NCBI RefSeq assembly: GCF_900199515.1
Contig: NZ_LT963434.1
Location: 483,272 to 515,271 of the forward strand
Source: Massilicoli timonensis
GTDB taxonomy: Bacteria; Bacillota_I; Bacilli_A; Erysipelotrichales; Erysipelotrichaceae
DNA: 32,000 nt
Direction: 5' to 3'
A model generated the notes under the pieces. It was not told the origin of the DNA. It ran no database searches and saw only the letters and a program-made list of their open reading frames with translations. Shown piece by piece: positions 17,453 to 24,852 of this stretch; position 1 is the stretch's first letter, and each line of letters opens with the position of its first letter. A program made the translations under genes and the position numbers.

Positions 17453-19459
17453 TCAGTCAAAACACTGTGCCTCCCGCAGATGTGTATCCAAATAACGTTT
17501 CAATGCGGGATATGCCCCCGTTTCCATTTGTTTCAAGACGATACCGGCATCTTTGCGGGCCACTTCCAAAATATTAGAATCCGCAATGATATCCCCTAAA
17601 ATAAAGCCCGGTACTCCGCTTTGCCGCGTTCCTAAAATATCGCCCGGACCACGCAGCGCCAGATCCCTGCGGGCGATCTCAAAGCCATTGCACGTTTCCT
17701 CCAAGATCTGTAAGCGTGCTTGGGCATCGACGTCCTTACTGTCACTGAGCAGCCAGCAGTACCCCTGCCGATCTCCTCTGCCCACCCGTCCGCGCAGCTG
17801 ATGAATCTGTGACAGGCCAAAACGATTCGCATCGTAAATGACCATCAGGTTCGCATTTTTCACATCCACGCCGACTTCGATCACCGTCGTCGAAACCAGA
17901 ATTTGATAATCCCCCTGCTGAAAGGCCTGCATGACCTCATCTTTCTGCGCACTGCTCATCTTCCCATGCAGCAAGCCAATTTGATAAACTCTGCCGATGC
18001 TCTCCTTTAATGCCTCATATAGATCGCTGGCATTGCGCATCGCATAATCCTCATTTTTTTCAATTGCCGGACAGACGATATAGCATTGATCCCCTTGATC
18101 CAAATGCGCCAGCACTTCCTCTAAGATCGAACGCATCGAGTTTTCCTTTACCACTTTCGTAATGATCGCTTTACGTCCTTGCGGCAGCACCTCGATCGTC
18201 GATACATCCATATCGCCGAATAACGACATCGCCAGCGTTCTTGGGATCGGCGTTGCGCTCATCAGCAGAAAATCGACCTTGTCTCCCTTCTGCAACAGTT
18301 TTTTTCGCTGTTCTACGCCAAAGCGATGCTGTTCATCGGCAATGACCAATCCCAGATCATAAAAATAGACATCTTCCTGAAACAAGGCATGCGTGCCTAC
18401 GATAATATCGATTTCGTGATGCACCAGCCGTTCCAAGATCCGCTGTTTTTCCTTCCCCTTCAAGGCGGAATACAGCACCTCTACCTCTACCTCATAGTCC
18501 TGAAACAGTCGCTTTAGATTCTCTGCATGCTGCTTGGCTAAGATCTCGGTAGGCGCCATGAACGCCGCCTGCTTATGTGCAAGCACACAGGCATACATCG
18601 CAAAGGCCGCCACCATCGTCTTGCCGCTGCCGACATCGCCCTGTACCATTCGATACATCGAAGCACTGCTTTGCAGATCGTCTAAAATATCCTGGATGCA
18701 TGTCTTCTGATCCTTTGTCAATGCAAACGGCAAAGCCCGCGTCAGTTCCCATACTTCATCCTGTTCAAACTGCTTGCGCGGCTTATCCCCATGCGCATGA
18801 TTGTTTTTGCGAAGCCCCTGCATCACCAGCTGAAATAAAAAGAATTCTTCATATTTCAAATGGCGAAACGCCTGCTTCAGCATCGCCGAAGAAGTCGGTG
18901 CATGCACTTCATGCAGCGCCTGATCCCGACTGATCAAGCGATAGTGTGCGATCAATTCATCCGGGATGCGATTTTCCTGATGCGGCAGCACCTGAAAAGC
19001 CTTTTTGACATAGCGTGCCAGATCATTCTGCGTAATGCCCTCTTTTAACGCATACACCGGTTTGATCCCTTCCTGCTCATGCAGCGGCTGAAAGTTATAA
19101 GAGGCGGCGGTAATCCGGTTGCCACCCTCATATTTCCCCATCAGCGTAATCGTTTTCCCAACCTGAAAAGCGCTGATCCAAGGCCGGTTGAACAAAGAAA
19201 CTTCAAACAGTTTATTTTGGCAGACGATCTGAAAACGGGTTACGCTGCGCTTTGGCGCATAGCGCACGACCCGTGCCCGATTGACGATCACACCTTCCAG
19301 CGTTACTTTCCCATCCTTTTCCCAACTGCTGAGCGGTGTTTCCTCCACCACTTCATAGCGAAACGGATAATGGGTCAAAAGCGCCTCGACAGAATCGATC
19401 CCCATTGTGACAAGCGCCTGTCTTTTTTTCTCTGAAATCGCAAGCTTCTTTAGTTCCAT
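17453..19459 (-). CDS. recG: ATP-dependent DNA helicase RecG
   Basis: 668 aa with a wedge/OB N-terminal region, Walker A GDVGSGKT, DEQHRFG, and the TRG-like motif region (RGPGDILGTRQSG). Confidence 0.95.
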   Translation of the reverse strand: MELKKLAISEKKRQALVTMGIDSVEALLTHYPFRYEVVEETPLSSWEKDGKVTLEGVIVNRARVVRYAPKRSVTRFQIVCQNKLFEVSLFNRPWISAFQVGKTITLMGKYEGGNRITAASYNFQPLHEQEGIKPVYALKEGITQNDLARYVKKAFQVLPHQENRIPDELIAHYRLISRDQALHEVHAPTSSAMLKQAFRHLKYEEFFLFQLVMQGLRKNNHAHGDKPRKQFEQDEVWELTRALPFALTKDQKTCIQDILDDLQSSASMYRMVQGDVGSGKTMVAAFAMYACVLAHKQAAFMAPTEILAKQHAENLKRLFQDYEVEVEVLYSALKGKEKQRILERLVHHEIDIIVGTHALFQEDVYFYDLGLVIADEQHRFGVEQRKKLLQKGDKVDFLLMSATPIPRTLAMSLFGDMDVSTIEVLPQGRKAIITKVVKENSMRSILEEVLAHLDQGDQCYIVCPAIEKNEDYAMRNASDLYEALKESIGRVYQIGLLHGKMSSAQKDEVMQAFQQGDYQILVSTTVIEVGVDVKNANLMVIYDANRFGLSQIHQLRGRVGRGDRQGYCWLLSDSKDVDAQARLQILEETCNGFEIARRDLALRGPGDILGTRQSGVPGFILGDIIADSNILEVARKDAGIVLKQMETGAYPALKRYLDTHLREAQCFD

Positions 19460-19465
19460 GCCCGT

Positions 19466-19474
19466 ATTATACCA
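19466..19474 (-). promoter_or_regulatory. Extended -10 promoter (TGgTATAAT) placed for leaderless transcription of recG
   Basis: The minus strand reads TGGTATAAT (19474-19466), then ACGGGC (6 nt), then the recG ATG (19459). A -35-like TTCAAA lies 17 nt upstream. Confidence 0.5.
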
Positions 19475-19496
19475 TGTTTCCTAAAAGATTTGAAAC

Positions 19497-19521
19497 GAAA
19501 AAGATCGCCGTTTGACGATCT
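19497..19521 (-). terminator. Weak rho-independent terminator after the SPFH gene
   Basis: The minus strand reads AGATCG-TCAAACGG-CGATCT followed by TTTTT. The stop TAG (19522-19520) overlaps the 5' arm of the stem. Confidence 0.45.
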
Positions 19522-20449
19522 ATTCTTTTCCATCACTATGCAAAAAACTCTCTGCGCTGGTTAATATGCTTGCCATATCCTGCAAGTTGGAAGGCACTAC
19601 CAGCTTCGTTGCCTTGCCATCGGCAATCTGGGCATAGGTTTCCAATCCCTTTAATGTCAGATAGGCGCTGGATGGATCAGCCTCTTTGATCATCTGGATC
19701 CCTTTTGCCTGTGCTTCATAGCGCTTTAAGGTCGCCTCTGCTTCACCCTGCGCTTCTGCGATCATCGCTTCTTTTTTCGCTGTCGCCCGCAGCACCATCG
19801 CTTCCTTTTCACCCTCAGCGGTCAAGATCGCACTGCGTTTGTCTCCTTCCGCACGCAAGATCGCTTCACGGCGTTCCCGTTCGGCACGCATCTGTTTTTC
19901 CATCGCTTCCTGAATATCGCGCGGCGGAATGATGTTTTTTACTTCCACACGACCGACCTTGATGCCCCAAGGATCTGTCGCTTCATCCAAGATCGCCCGC
20001 ATCTTCGTATTGATGATATCACGACTGGTAAGCGTTTGGTCTAATTCCAGCTCCCCGATCAGATTACGCAGCGTCGTTGCCGTTAAGTTTTCGATCGCGG
20101 TGATCGGTCCGACTACCCCATACGTATAAAGCTTTGGATCAGTGATCTGAAAATAGACGACCGTATCGATCTGCATCGTGACATTATCCTTCGTAATGAC
20201 CGGCTGCGGCGCAAAATCCTTTACGATTTCTTTCAGCGTTACTTTATTGGCAACCCGATCAATAAAAGGAATCAAGACATGCGGACCGGTAGACCAAGTC
20301 GTATGATAAGCACCCAAGCGCTCGATCACATAAGATTCCGCCTGCGGCACGATTCGCACGATATAAATGAGAATCGCCGCCAGCACCACAAACAATACGA
20401 TTACCAAAAAAATGGTTTTCATTCCCGAGAATGTGTCAAACATCATCAT
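19520..20449 (-). CDS. SPFH/Band 7 (stomatin-like, flotillin-related) membrane protein
   Basis: It has an N-terminal TM, an SPFH core (VPQAESYVIERLG...) and a C-terminal coiled-coil rich in EA/AE repeats. It is paired with NfeD. There are three consecutive ATGs after AAAGGAGG, so the start is uncertain by up to 6 nt. Confidence 0.9.
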   Translation of the reverse strand: MMMFDTFSGMKTIFLVIVLFVVLAAILIYIVRIVPQAESYVIERLGAYHTTWSTGPHVLIPFIDRVANKVTLKEIVKDFAPQPVITKDNVTMQIDTVVYFQITDPKLYTYGVVGPITAIENLTATTLRNLIGELELDQTLTSRDIINTKMRAILDEATDPWGIKVGRVEVKNIIPPRDIQEAMEKQMRAERERREAILRAEGDKRSAILTAEGEKEAMVLRATAKKEAMIAEAQGEAEATLKRYEAQAKGIQMIKEADPSSAYLTLKGLETYAQIADGKATKLVVPSNLQDMASILTSAESFLHSDGKE

Positions 20450-20458
20450 TTCCTCCTT

Positions 20459-20887
20459 TTACTGTTTGCGCACCAAAAGCTTAGCGCCTTCGATCGCAAT
20501 GATCTTGACTTCTTCATTCACCTCTGCCTGCTTTCCATCAATTTCAACAGCGCTCCATTTCGCCCCGTTCACTTTGACCACTCCCCATCGCTCCTTGGTG
20601 ATCGCTTCAATCACGACCGCATTCTCACCGATCAGCCGATCGGCATTGGTCCTTACGATATTGCCGCGCAGATAGCGGGTAGACATCGGCCGTATGACCA
20701 GCATGGAAGCCAGCGATACGATAAAAAACAAGACGATCTGCACCCAGAGATCCATATGCAGAAATGCCAATACAAAAGCGGCCAGCGAGCCTGCCGCAAA
20801 CCAGATACAGATCAAGGCTGTCGGCGTCATCAGTTCTAATAGAATGAACAAAATACACGCGATTACCCAAAAAATACTCATATTCAT
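20459..20887 (-). CDS. NfeD-family membrane protein (short form with C-terminal OB-fold)
   Basis: 142 aa with three N-terminal TM segments and a C-terminal beta-rich domain (GVVKVNGAKWSA). It sits in the canonical position upstream of an SPFH gene. Confidence 0.85.
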   Translation of the reverse strand: MNMSIFWVIACILFILLELMTPTALICIWFAAGSLAAFVLAFLHMDLWVQIVLFFIVSLASMLVIRPMSTRYLRGNIVRTNADRLIGENAVVIEAITKERWGVVKVNGAKWSAVEIDGKQAEVNEEVKIIAIEGAKLLVRKQ

Positions 20888-21264
20888 GCTTTCACCCCTT
20901 CACATAATTCTTTCAGATCAAAGACCAGCAGCGTTTCCTCTTCTCGAAACTGTGCAGACACCTTTTCGCCGTTCACTTCTCTGCCGATCATTGCTGCGAT
21001 CTGCTTCATGATCGTTTTATTGGAGATACGGGCATAGCCATTGCCGATCGAAATACGATGCAGCTGATTTTGATCTACTAAATGCAGGTCGATCTCACGT
21101 TTGCTGATCGGACGAATTGCCACTTGCTTTTGGTCATGATCTACTCCCAGCATGACCCATCGCACATCCTGGAAATAAGAAGCGGCGCTGCTGTTCAGCG
21201 TAAGATTGCCGGGATATAGCGTAATGGTCGAAGTAGAAACCGTATTATGGATCCATTCAAACAC
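20884..21264 (-). CDS. Hypothetical 126-aa protein, first gene of the NfeD/SPFH operon
   Basis: It uses a GTG start at 21264 preceded by AGGAGG with a 6-nt spacer. Its stop overlaps the nfeD ATG (ATGA at 20887-20884). I do not recognise the family. The two-part beta-rich pattern is loosely AbrB/SpoVT-like. Confidence 0.6.
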   Translation of the reverse strand: MFEWIHNTVSTSTITLYPGNLTLNSSAASYFQDVRWVMLGVDHDQKQVAIRPISKREIDLHLVDQNQLHRISIGNGYARISNKTIMKQIAAMIGREVNGEKVSAQFREEETLLVFDLKELCEGVKA

Positions 21265-21287
21265 TGTGATCCTCCTCTCTTATCTTC

Positions 21288-21316
21288 ATTATATTACTTT
21301 TCTTATTTTTCTGCAA
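21288..21316 (-). promoter_or_regulatory. Putative sigma-A promoter of the hypothetical-NfeD-SPFH operon
   Basis: The minus strand reads TTGCAG (21316-21311), a 17-nt spacer, then a perfect TATAAT (21293-21288), 24 nt upstream of the GTG. Confidence 0.5.
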
Positions 21317-21374
21317 TAACTTATCCTTCATATGCACTATGCCATGCACTTTCTTTCGCGGCTTTGCCGTTTAT

Positions 21375-21407
21375 CAAAAGAATAAGGAAAGACCTGCGCC
21401 TTTCCTT
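21375..21407 (-). terminator. Rho-independent terminator after the adhesin gene
   Basis: The minus strand reads AAGGAAAG, an 8-nt loop, then CTTTCCTT (21407-21384), followed by ATTCTTTTG. Confidence 0.5.
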
Positions 21408-21416
21408 CTTTCATTC

Positions 21417-22283
21417 TCATTCCTGCTTATATCGCTTCCACATATAACAGCCTGCCAAGGCGCTGATCAGCAGCAATCCCAGCCATAAACCTGAAACTGT
21501 CGTATCTCCGGTATCGATGCCATCTATTTGGCTGTTATCCGGTGTTGGATTCGGGGTGTTTGGCTCACTTGGCTCGATCACGATCGTATCATCGGGATCA
21601 TCCGGCTGCTCGCTCGGCTTTTCCCCGCTTTCTGTATCGATTCGCTTAAATGAAACATGAATGATATGATCCGCATCGACCGCTTTGAACAGACAAGTAT
21701 AGGTCGATTGTCCGATCGCCTCTGTGACTGCGTTTTCATCGATCGTCAGCGCTTCGATCACGTAGCCTTTTTTTGCCGTTATCACAAACTGCTGATCTTT
21801 TCCTTCCGCGACCTGTACGCTGCCGGAAGGATCGATCGATCCATTTACGCCTGCCTCTGCCTGGATCCGGTACATGTTCGGATTCTTCGCAGATACGATG
21901 ATCTCCGCTTGCAGATCCTCATAGTTCGCCGACTTGATCGTCAAACGAATCGTACCGATCACACCTTCTTGATCACTGTCATGCGCATTGATCTCGATCT
22001 TCAAATACTGCTCATTCAATAAGAAAGAAATACCGTCGTCTGCAAGATAACCTTCCTGAAGCGATATCTGATCTAATTCATACGTGCAGGCGCCGAGCGT
22101 CAAGATCGTGCCATCTTCCGCTGCTGATGGCTTTGGCAATAGTGTGGATAATGGAAAATAATACGTTTGTGCTTTTTGATTATAGATCTGCAAAGCACCG
22201 GAGCTGGCTTCCATGCCTGCCGTTTGTGGATCGGCTTTGGTAATGGTGATCGATCCTTTTCCCGTATCCGGATCCAGTCGATA
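21417..22283 (-). pseudogene. C-terminal continuation of the surface adhesin (repeat domains, Pro/Asp-rich linker, TM anchor), cut off by an upstream in-frame TAG
   Basis: It is in the same reading frame as 22284-24599 (both frames have start coordinates of 2 modulo 3). The frame is open all the way from the TAG. It has no SD and no signal peptide of its own. It ends with ...GIDTGDTT, a hydrophobic segment, then KRYKQE. Confidence 0.75.
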
Positions 22284-24599
22284 CTACTTGGCGTCGTTTC
22301 CCTGCAAGGCATAATGAATCTGTACTTCTTTTTTTGCGGCATCGGCGTTTGCATCCTCGATCATGCCGGCCGCCGTTACCGTCACATCATCCCCTTTTAT
22401 GATCATGGACTGCTGCAATGCAGCTTTGACAGCCACTTCCTTTTTACCGTTATAGGCGCGGTCTTTGATTTCTACACTGCTTGGGTCCACGCTGATCGGC
22501 TTCGGCGTTACCATGACCGTTACCGTACCGCTGGCAGAAGCATAGCTGTTATCGGGATCACCGCTTATTTCATGCTCCGGCACCGTTACGATCAAATGCG
22601 CTTCCCCGACACCGACAAATTCAAACCGGTTCCCATCATCCGACAACTTCACAACGCTCTCATCATCAGATGTCCATACCAGACCGCTTGTGATCGGAAG
22701 GATCGTATCCGTATTGTTTTGCTGCACCTTCACACTGACCTGCAGATCGGCGATCGCTTTAGTATTGCCATAAACATCTTGTATCTGATCCTCATTTATG
22801 ATTACCGTTGCCGGTTGATACTTCACGACATGAATTTCGGTTTTACCGCTTTTTACGCTCTCAAAGTTCGGATCATTTTGCACATAGCTCCAATACAGCG
22901 TCGTATTCTCACCGACTTTCTTGTTTGCCAAGGAAGTATCACTTGCCTGTATACTGTGCGTTTCATCCAGATACCATGTCAGCGTACCGTTTTTTAAGGC
23001 GGTCTGATCGACCGGAAGCATACTGGAAACCTTTGCTTCCGGCAGTTTTTCTAATAACCGGTCTTCTCCTTGCTTGATCGACCATTTCTCCGGCAGGGTA
23101 AGCGTAAATTTTGCCGGGGCGATCGAGAACGTATGCACATACTCGCTTGGTGCGATCAGATTGCCATTGTTTGCAGCAGATGCCGTTAGTTTTGCCGTTT
23201 GATCGCCGGCATTGATATTGTTTTGATAGGAAAGCACATAATCTTTGTCTGTCCCCTCATAAAAGGATTGCCGATATCCCCATAACGTCATAGCAACGCT
23301 GATCTGCGGCTTTTTCTCAGTGCCATCGTAAATAAGATGATCCATACCGCTTACTTGTACCAAAGCATCTTCTAAAGGAAGCTGTACGGCAGCCGGCTGC
23401 GTTCCACTTAATGAACCTGTACCGGCAGTATCCTGCAAGCCGCCTAATAACCGCAACAAAGAGGCATCCACATAGTCGTTTCCATCACTGCCTGTGATGA
23501 TCCCATTGCCCAGTGTGATCATTCCATTATTGGTCAAGACATTGCCCGCTGCCATGGTCAAAGAGGCAGAACGATCATTGCGATCATTCATGACGATGCG
23601 CAAAGTCGCACCTTCCGCAACCGTCAGCGGATAGTCGATGATCGGATCTCCCCATACTTGAATATTAGCGACGGAATCATTTAGCACAACGGTTCCATCT
23701 GCTGTTACATACGCTGAATTCTCATTTCCTTCATAACTGATGAAAATACCATCCCAATTAGCGGCATCGCGATTGGCGCCGATTCCCTTTGGCGCAATGA
23801 TGACCGCATTGCCGTTTGTTCCGGTTGAAAAGGCGCCGTGGTAATTCTCACTGTCCCCGCCGGTAATACGGGCACCGCCGCCGATGCTGACGGGGTTCCC
23901 GTTAGCATAAACGACACCGCCGCTCACTTCGACCATACCCGTATAAGCACAGTTTTGTCCAGCCCCAATACCAGCGCCATTGCTTCCGCCGACAGCGCTT
24001 ACCTGTCCACCGCGAATCGTAATATTGCCGCTGACATCGGAAATGCCGGCATAGTATCCGCCGCCGATCCCGGCTCCGCCCTGTGAACCGCTTGCACTGA
24101 CATGACCGCTTTCAATGATGATGTCGCCGAAATTCACATTGCCGATCCCATAGCCGCCGCCAATGCCCGCAGCGCCCCTGCCAAGCGTTGTACTTCCCGC
24201 AGCTGCTATCAAAGCGCCATCTCCCTTGATCGTCAGACGCGCACCTTCTTCTACCCAGATTGCAGGATGATTATTCGCTCCATACAGTTCATTGTCGCCT
24301 TCCAAAATCAGAGTAACCTCAGCACCGCTTCGCACATTCATCGCTGATGAAGTACCACCGGCATCAATGCTCACATCACGAAGGGTAATCGTATGATTGC
24401 CGCTCGCGACATTGACATGATGTCCGCCAAAATAACCTGATGTTTGCCCGGTAATGACATGACTTCCGGCATTATTCGCATTTAACTCGACATCGTCATG
24501 ACCGATGTCATAGTCCGCCGCATGTGCTTTTTCAACAAACGTCGGCAATGTCAGAAAACACGCAAGCAGAATCGTCGCAATCCGATAAATTCTCTTCAT
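22284..24599 (-). CDS. Large secreted/cell-surface adhesin-like protein, N-terminal 771 aa (beta-helix Gly-rich repeats plus Ig/MBG-like repeats), ending at a premature TAG
   Basis: The signal peptide MKRIYRIATILLACFLTLPTFVEKAHA is followed by cleavage before AD. It carries repeated GAAGIGGGYG / GGAGIGGGYY / GAGIGAGQN motifs typical of parallel beta-helix passengers, followed by YDGT/YNGK-type repeat domains. I chose the ATG at 24599 (AAGGAGAG upstream). The track start at 24671 adds 24 codons that are not signal-like. Confidence 0.8.
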   Translation of the reverse strand: MKRIYRIATILLACFLTLPTFVEKAHAADYDIGHDDVELNANNAGSHVITGQTSGYFGGHHVNVASGNHTITLRDVSIDAGGTSSAMNVRSGAEVTLILEGDNELYGANNHPAIWVEEGARLTIKGDGALIAAAGSTTLGRGAAGIGGGYGIGNVNFGDIIIESGHVSASGSQGGAGIGGGYYAGISDVSGNITIRGGQVSAVGGSNGAGIGAGQNCAYTGMVEVSGGVVYANGNPVSIGGGARITGGDSENYHGAFSTGTNGNAVIIAPKGIGANRDAANWDGIFISYEGNENSAYVTADGTVVLNDSVANIQVWGDPIIDYPLTVAEGATLRIVMNDRNDRSASLTMAAGNVLTNNGMITLGNGIITGSDGNDYVDASLLRLLGGLQDTAGTGSLSGTQPAAVQLPLEDALVQVSGMDHLIYDGTEKKPQISVAMTLWGYRQSFYEGTDKDYVLSYQNNINAGDQTAKLTASAANNGNLIAPSEYVHTFSIAPAKFTLTLPEKWSIKQGEDRLLEKLPEAKVSSMLPVDQTALKNGTLTWYLDETHSIQASDTSLANKKVGENTTLYWSYVQNDPNFESVKSGKTEIHVVKYQPATVIINEDQIQDVYGNTKAIADLQVSVKVQQNNTDTILPITSGLVWTSDDESVVKLSDDGNRFEFVGVGEAHLIVTVPEHEISGDPDNSYASASGTVTVMVTPKPISVDPSSVEIKDRAYNGKKEVAVKAALQQSMIIKGDDVTVTAAGMIEDANADAAKKEVQIHYALQGNDAK

Positions 24600-24767
24600 A
24601 AAACTTCCTACTCTCCTTTCTCTCATATTGCTGCACCTTGCTTTGAAAAGACATGCGCCTAGAGGATGCACATGTTCTTTTCGCTATACTATATTCACAA
24701 GCAGTCCTAAATTCGCACTTGCATGAAAGAAAGCATCACAAGATGCAGTATGACTTCTTTCTGTTTT

Positions 24768-24800
24768 ATTATACCCCCCCCCCCCGTATCAAAAATGCAA
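24768..24800 (-). promoter_or_regulatory. Putative adhesin promoter with the G12 tract in its spacer
   Basis: The minus strand reads TTGCAT TTTTGATAC G12 TATAAT. A perfect -10 lies at 24773-24768. The -35 candidates are TTGCAT (24800-24795, 21-nt spacer) and TTGATA (24792-24787, 13-nt spacer). Confidence 0.5.
24774..24785. repeat. Homopolymeric C12 (G12 on the minus strand) tract
   Basis: Counted directly: ata-ccccccc/ccccc-gtatc gives 12 C residues at 24774-24785. Confidence 0.95.
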
Positions 24801-24803
24801 GCA

Positions 24804-24833
24804 TAAAAAAAGAGATGTTGTCTCCAACATCTC
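24804..24833 (-). terminator. Rho-independent terminator after the NlpC/P60 hydrolase gene
   Basis: The minus strand reads GAGATGTTG-GAGA-CAACATCTC followed by TTTTTTT, about 20 nt after the stop at 24853-24855. Confidence 0.8.
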
Positions 24834-24852
24834 CGTTCTATTCTTGTTTTTC

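Noticed and set aside
22212-22214. The ATG (MEASSGALQ...) as an independent start for the 265-aa ORF.
   Set aside because: It has no SD and no signal peptide. The frame is open and domain-like all the way up to the TAG at 22284-22286, so this is the tail of the upstream gene rather than a separate gene.
22284-22286. The in-frame TAG as pyrrolysine or programmed recoding.
   Set aside because: Nothing in the window (no pyl genes, no methylamine methyltransferase context, no obvious downstream recoding structure) supports it. TAG is also used as an ordinary stop elsewhere in the window (EIIA, yloU, SPFH, dac). Nonsense mutation or sequencing error is more parsimonious.
22167-22997. Long plus-strand ORFs antisense to well-supported minus-strand genes. 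Examples are 22167-22997 (276 aa), 24844-25806 (320 aa), 20279-20839 (186 aa), 13333-13785 (150 aa), 16206-16619 (137 aa) and 27359-27865 (168 aa).
   Set aside because: Each lies entirely opposite a gene with clear family motifs. They have low-complexity or Arg/His/Ile-rich translations, no SD, and no recognisable domains. They are typical shadow ORFs.
24600-24850. An invertible promoter (inverton) upstream of the adhesin.
   Set aside because: I looked for flanking inverted repeats and found only a 6-bp TTGCAT/ATGCAA match and short imperfect hairpins. There is also no nearby recombinase gene.
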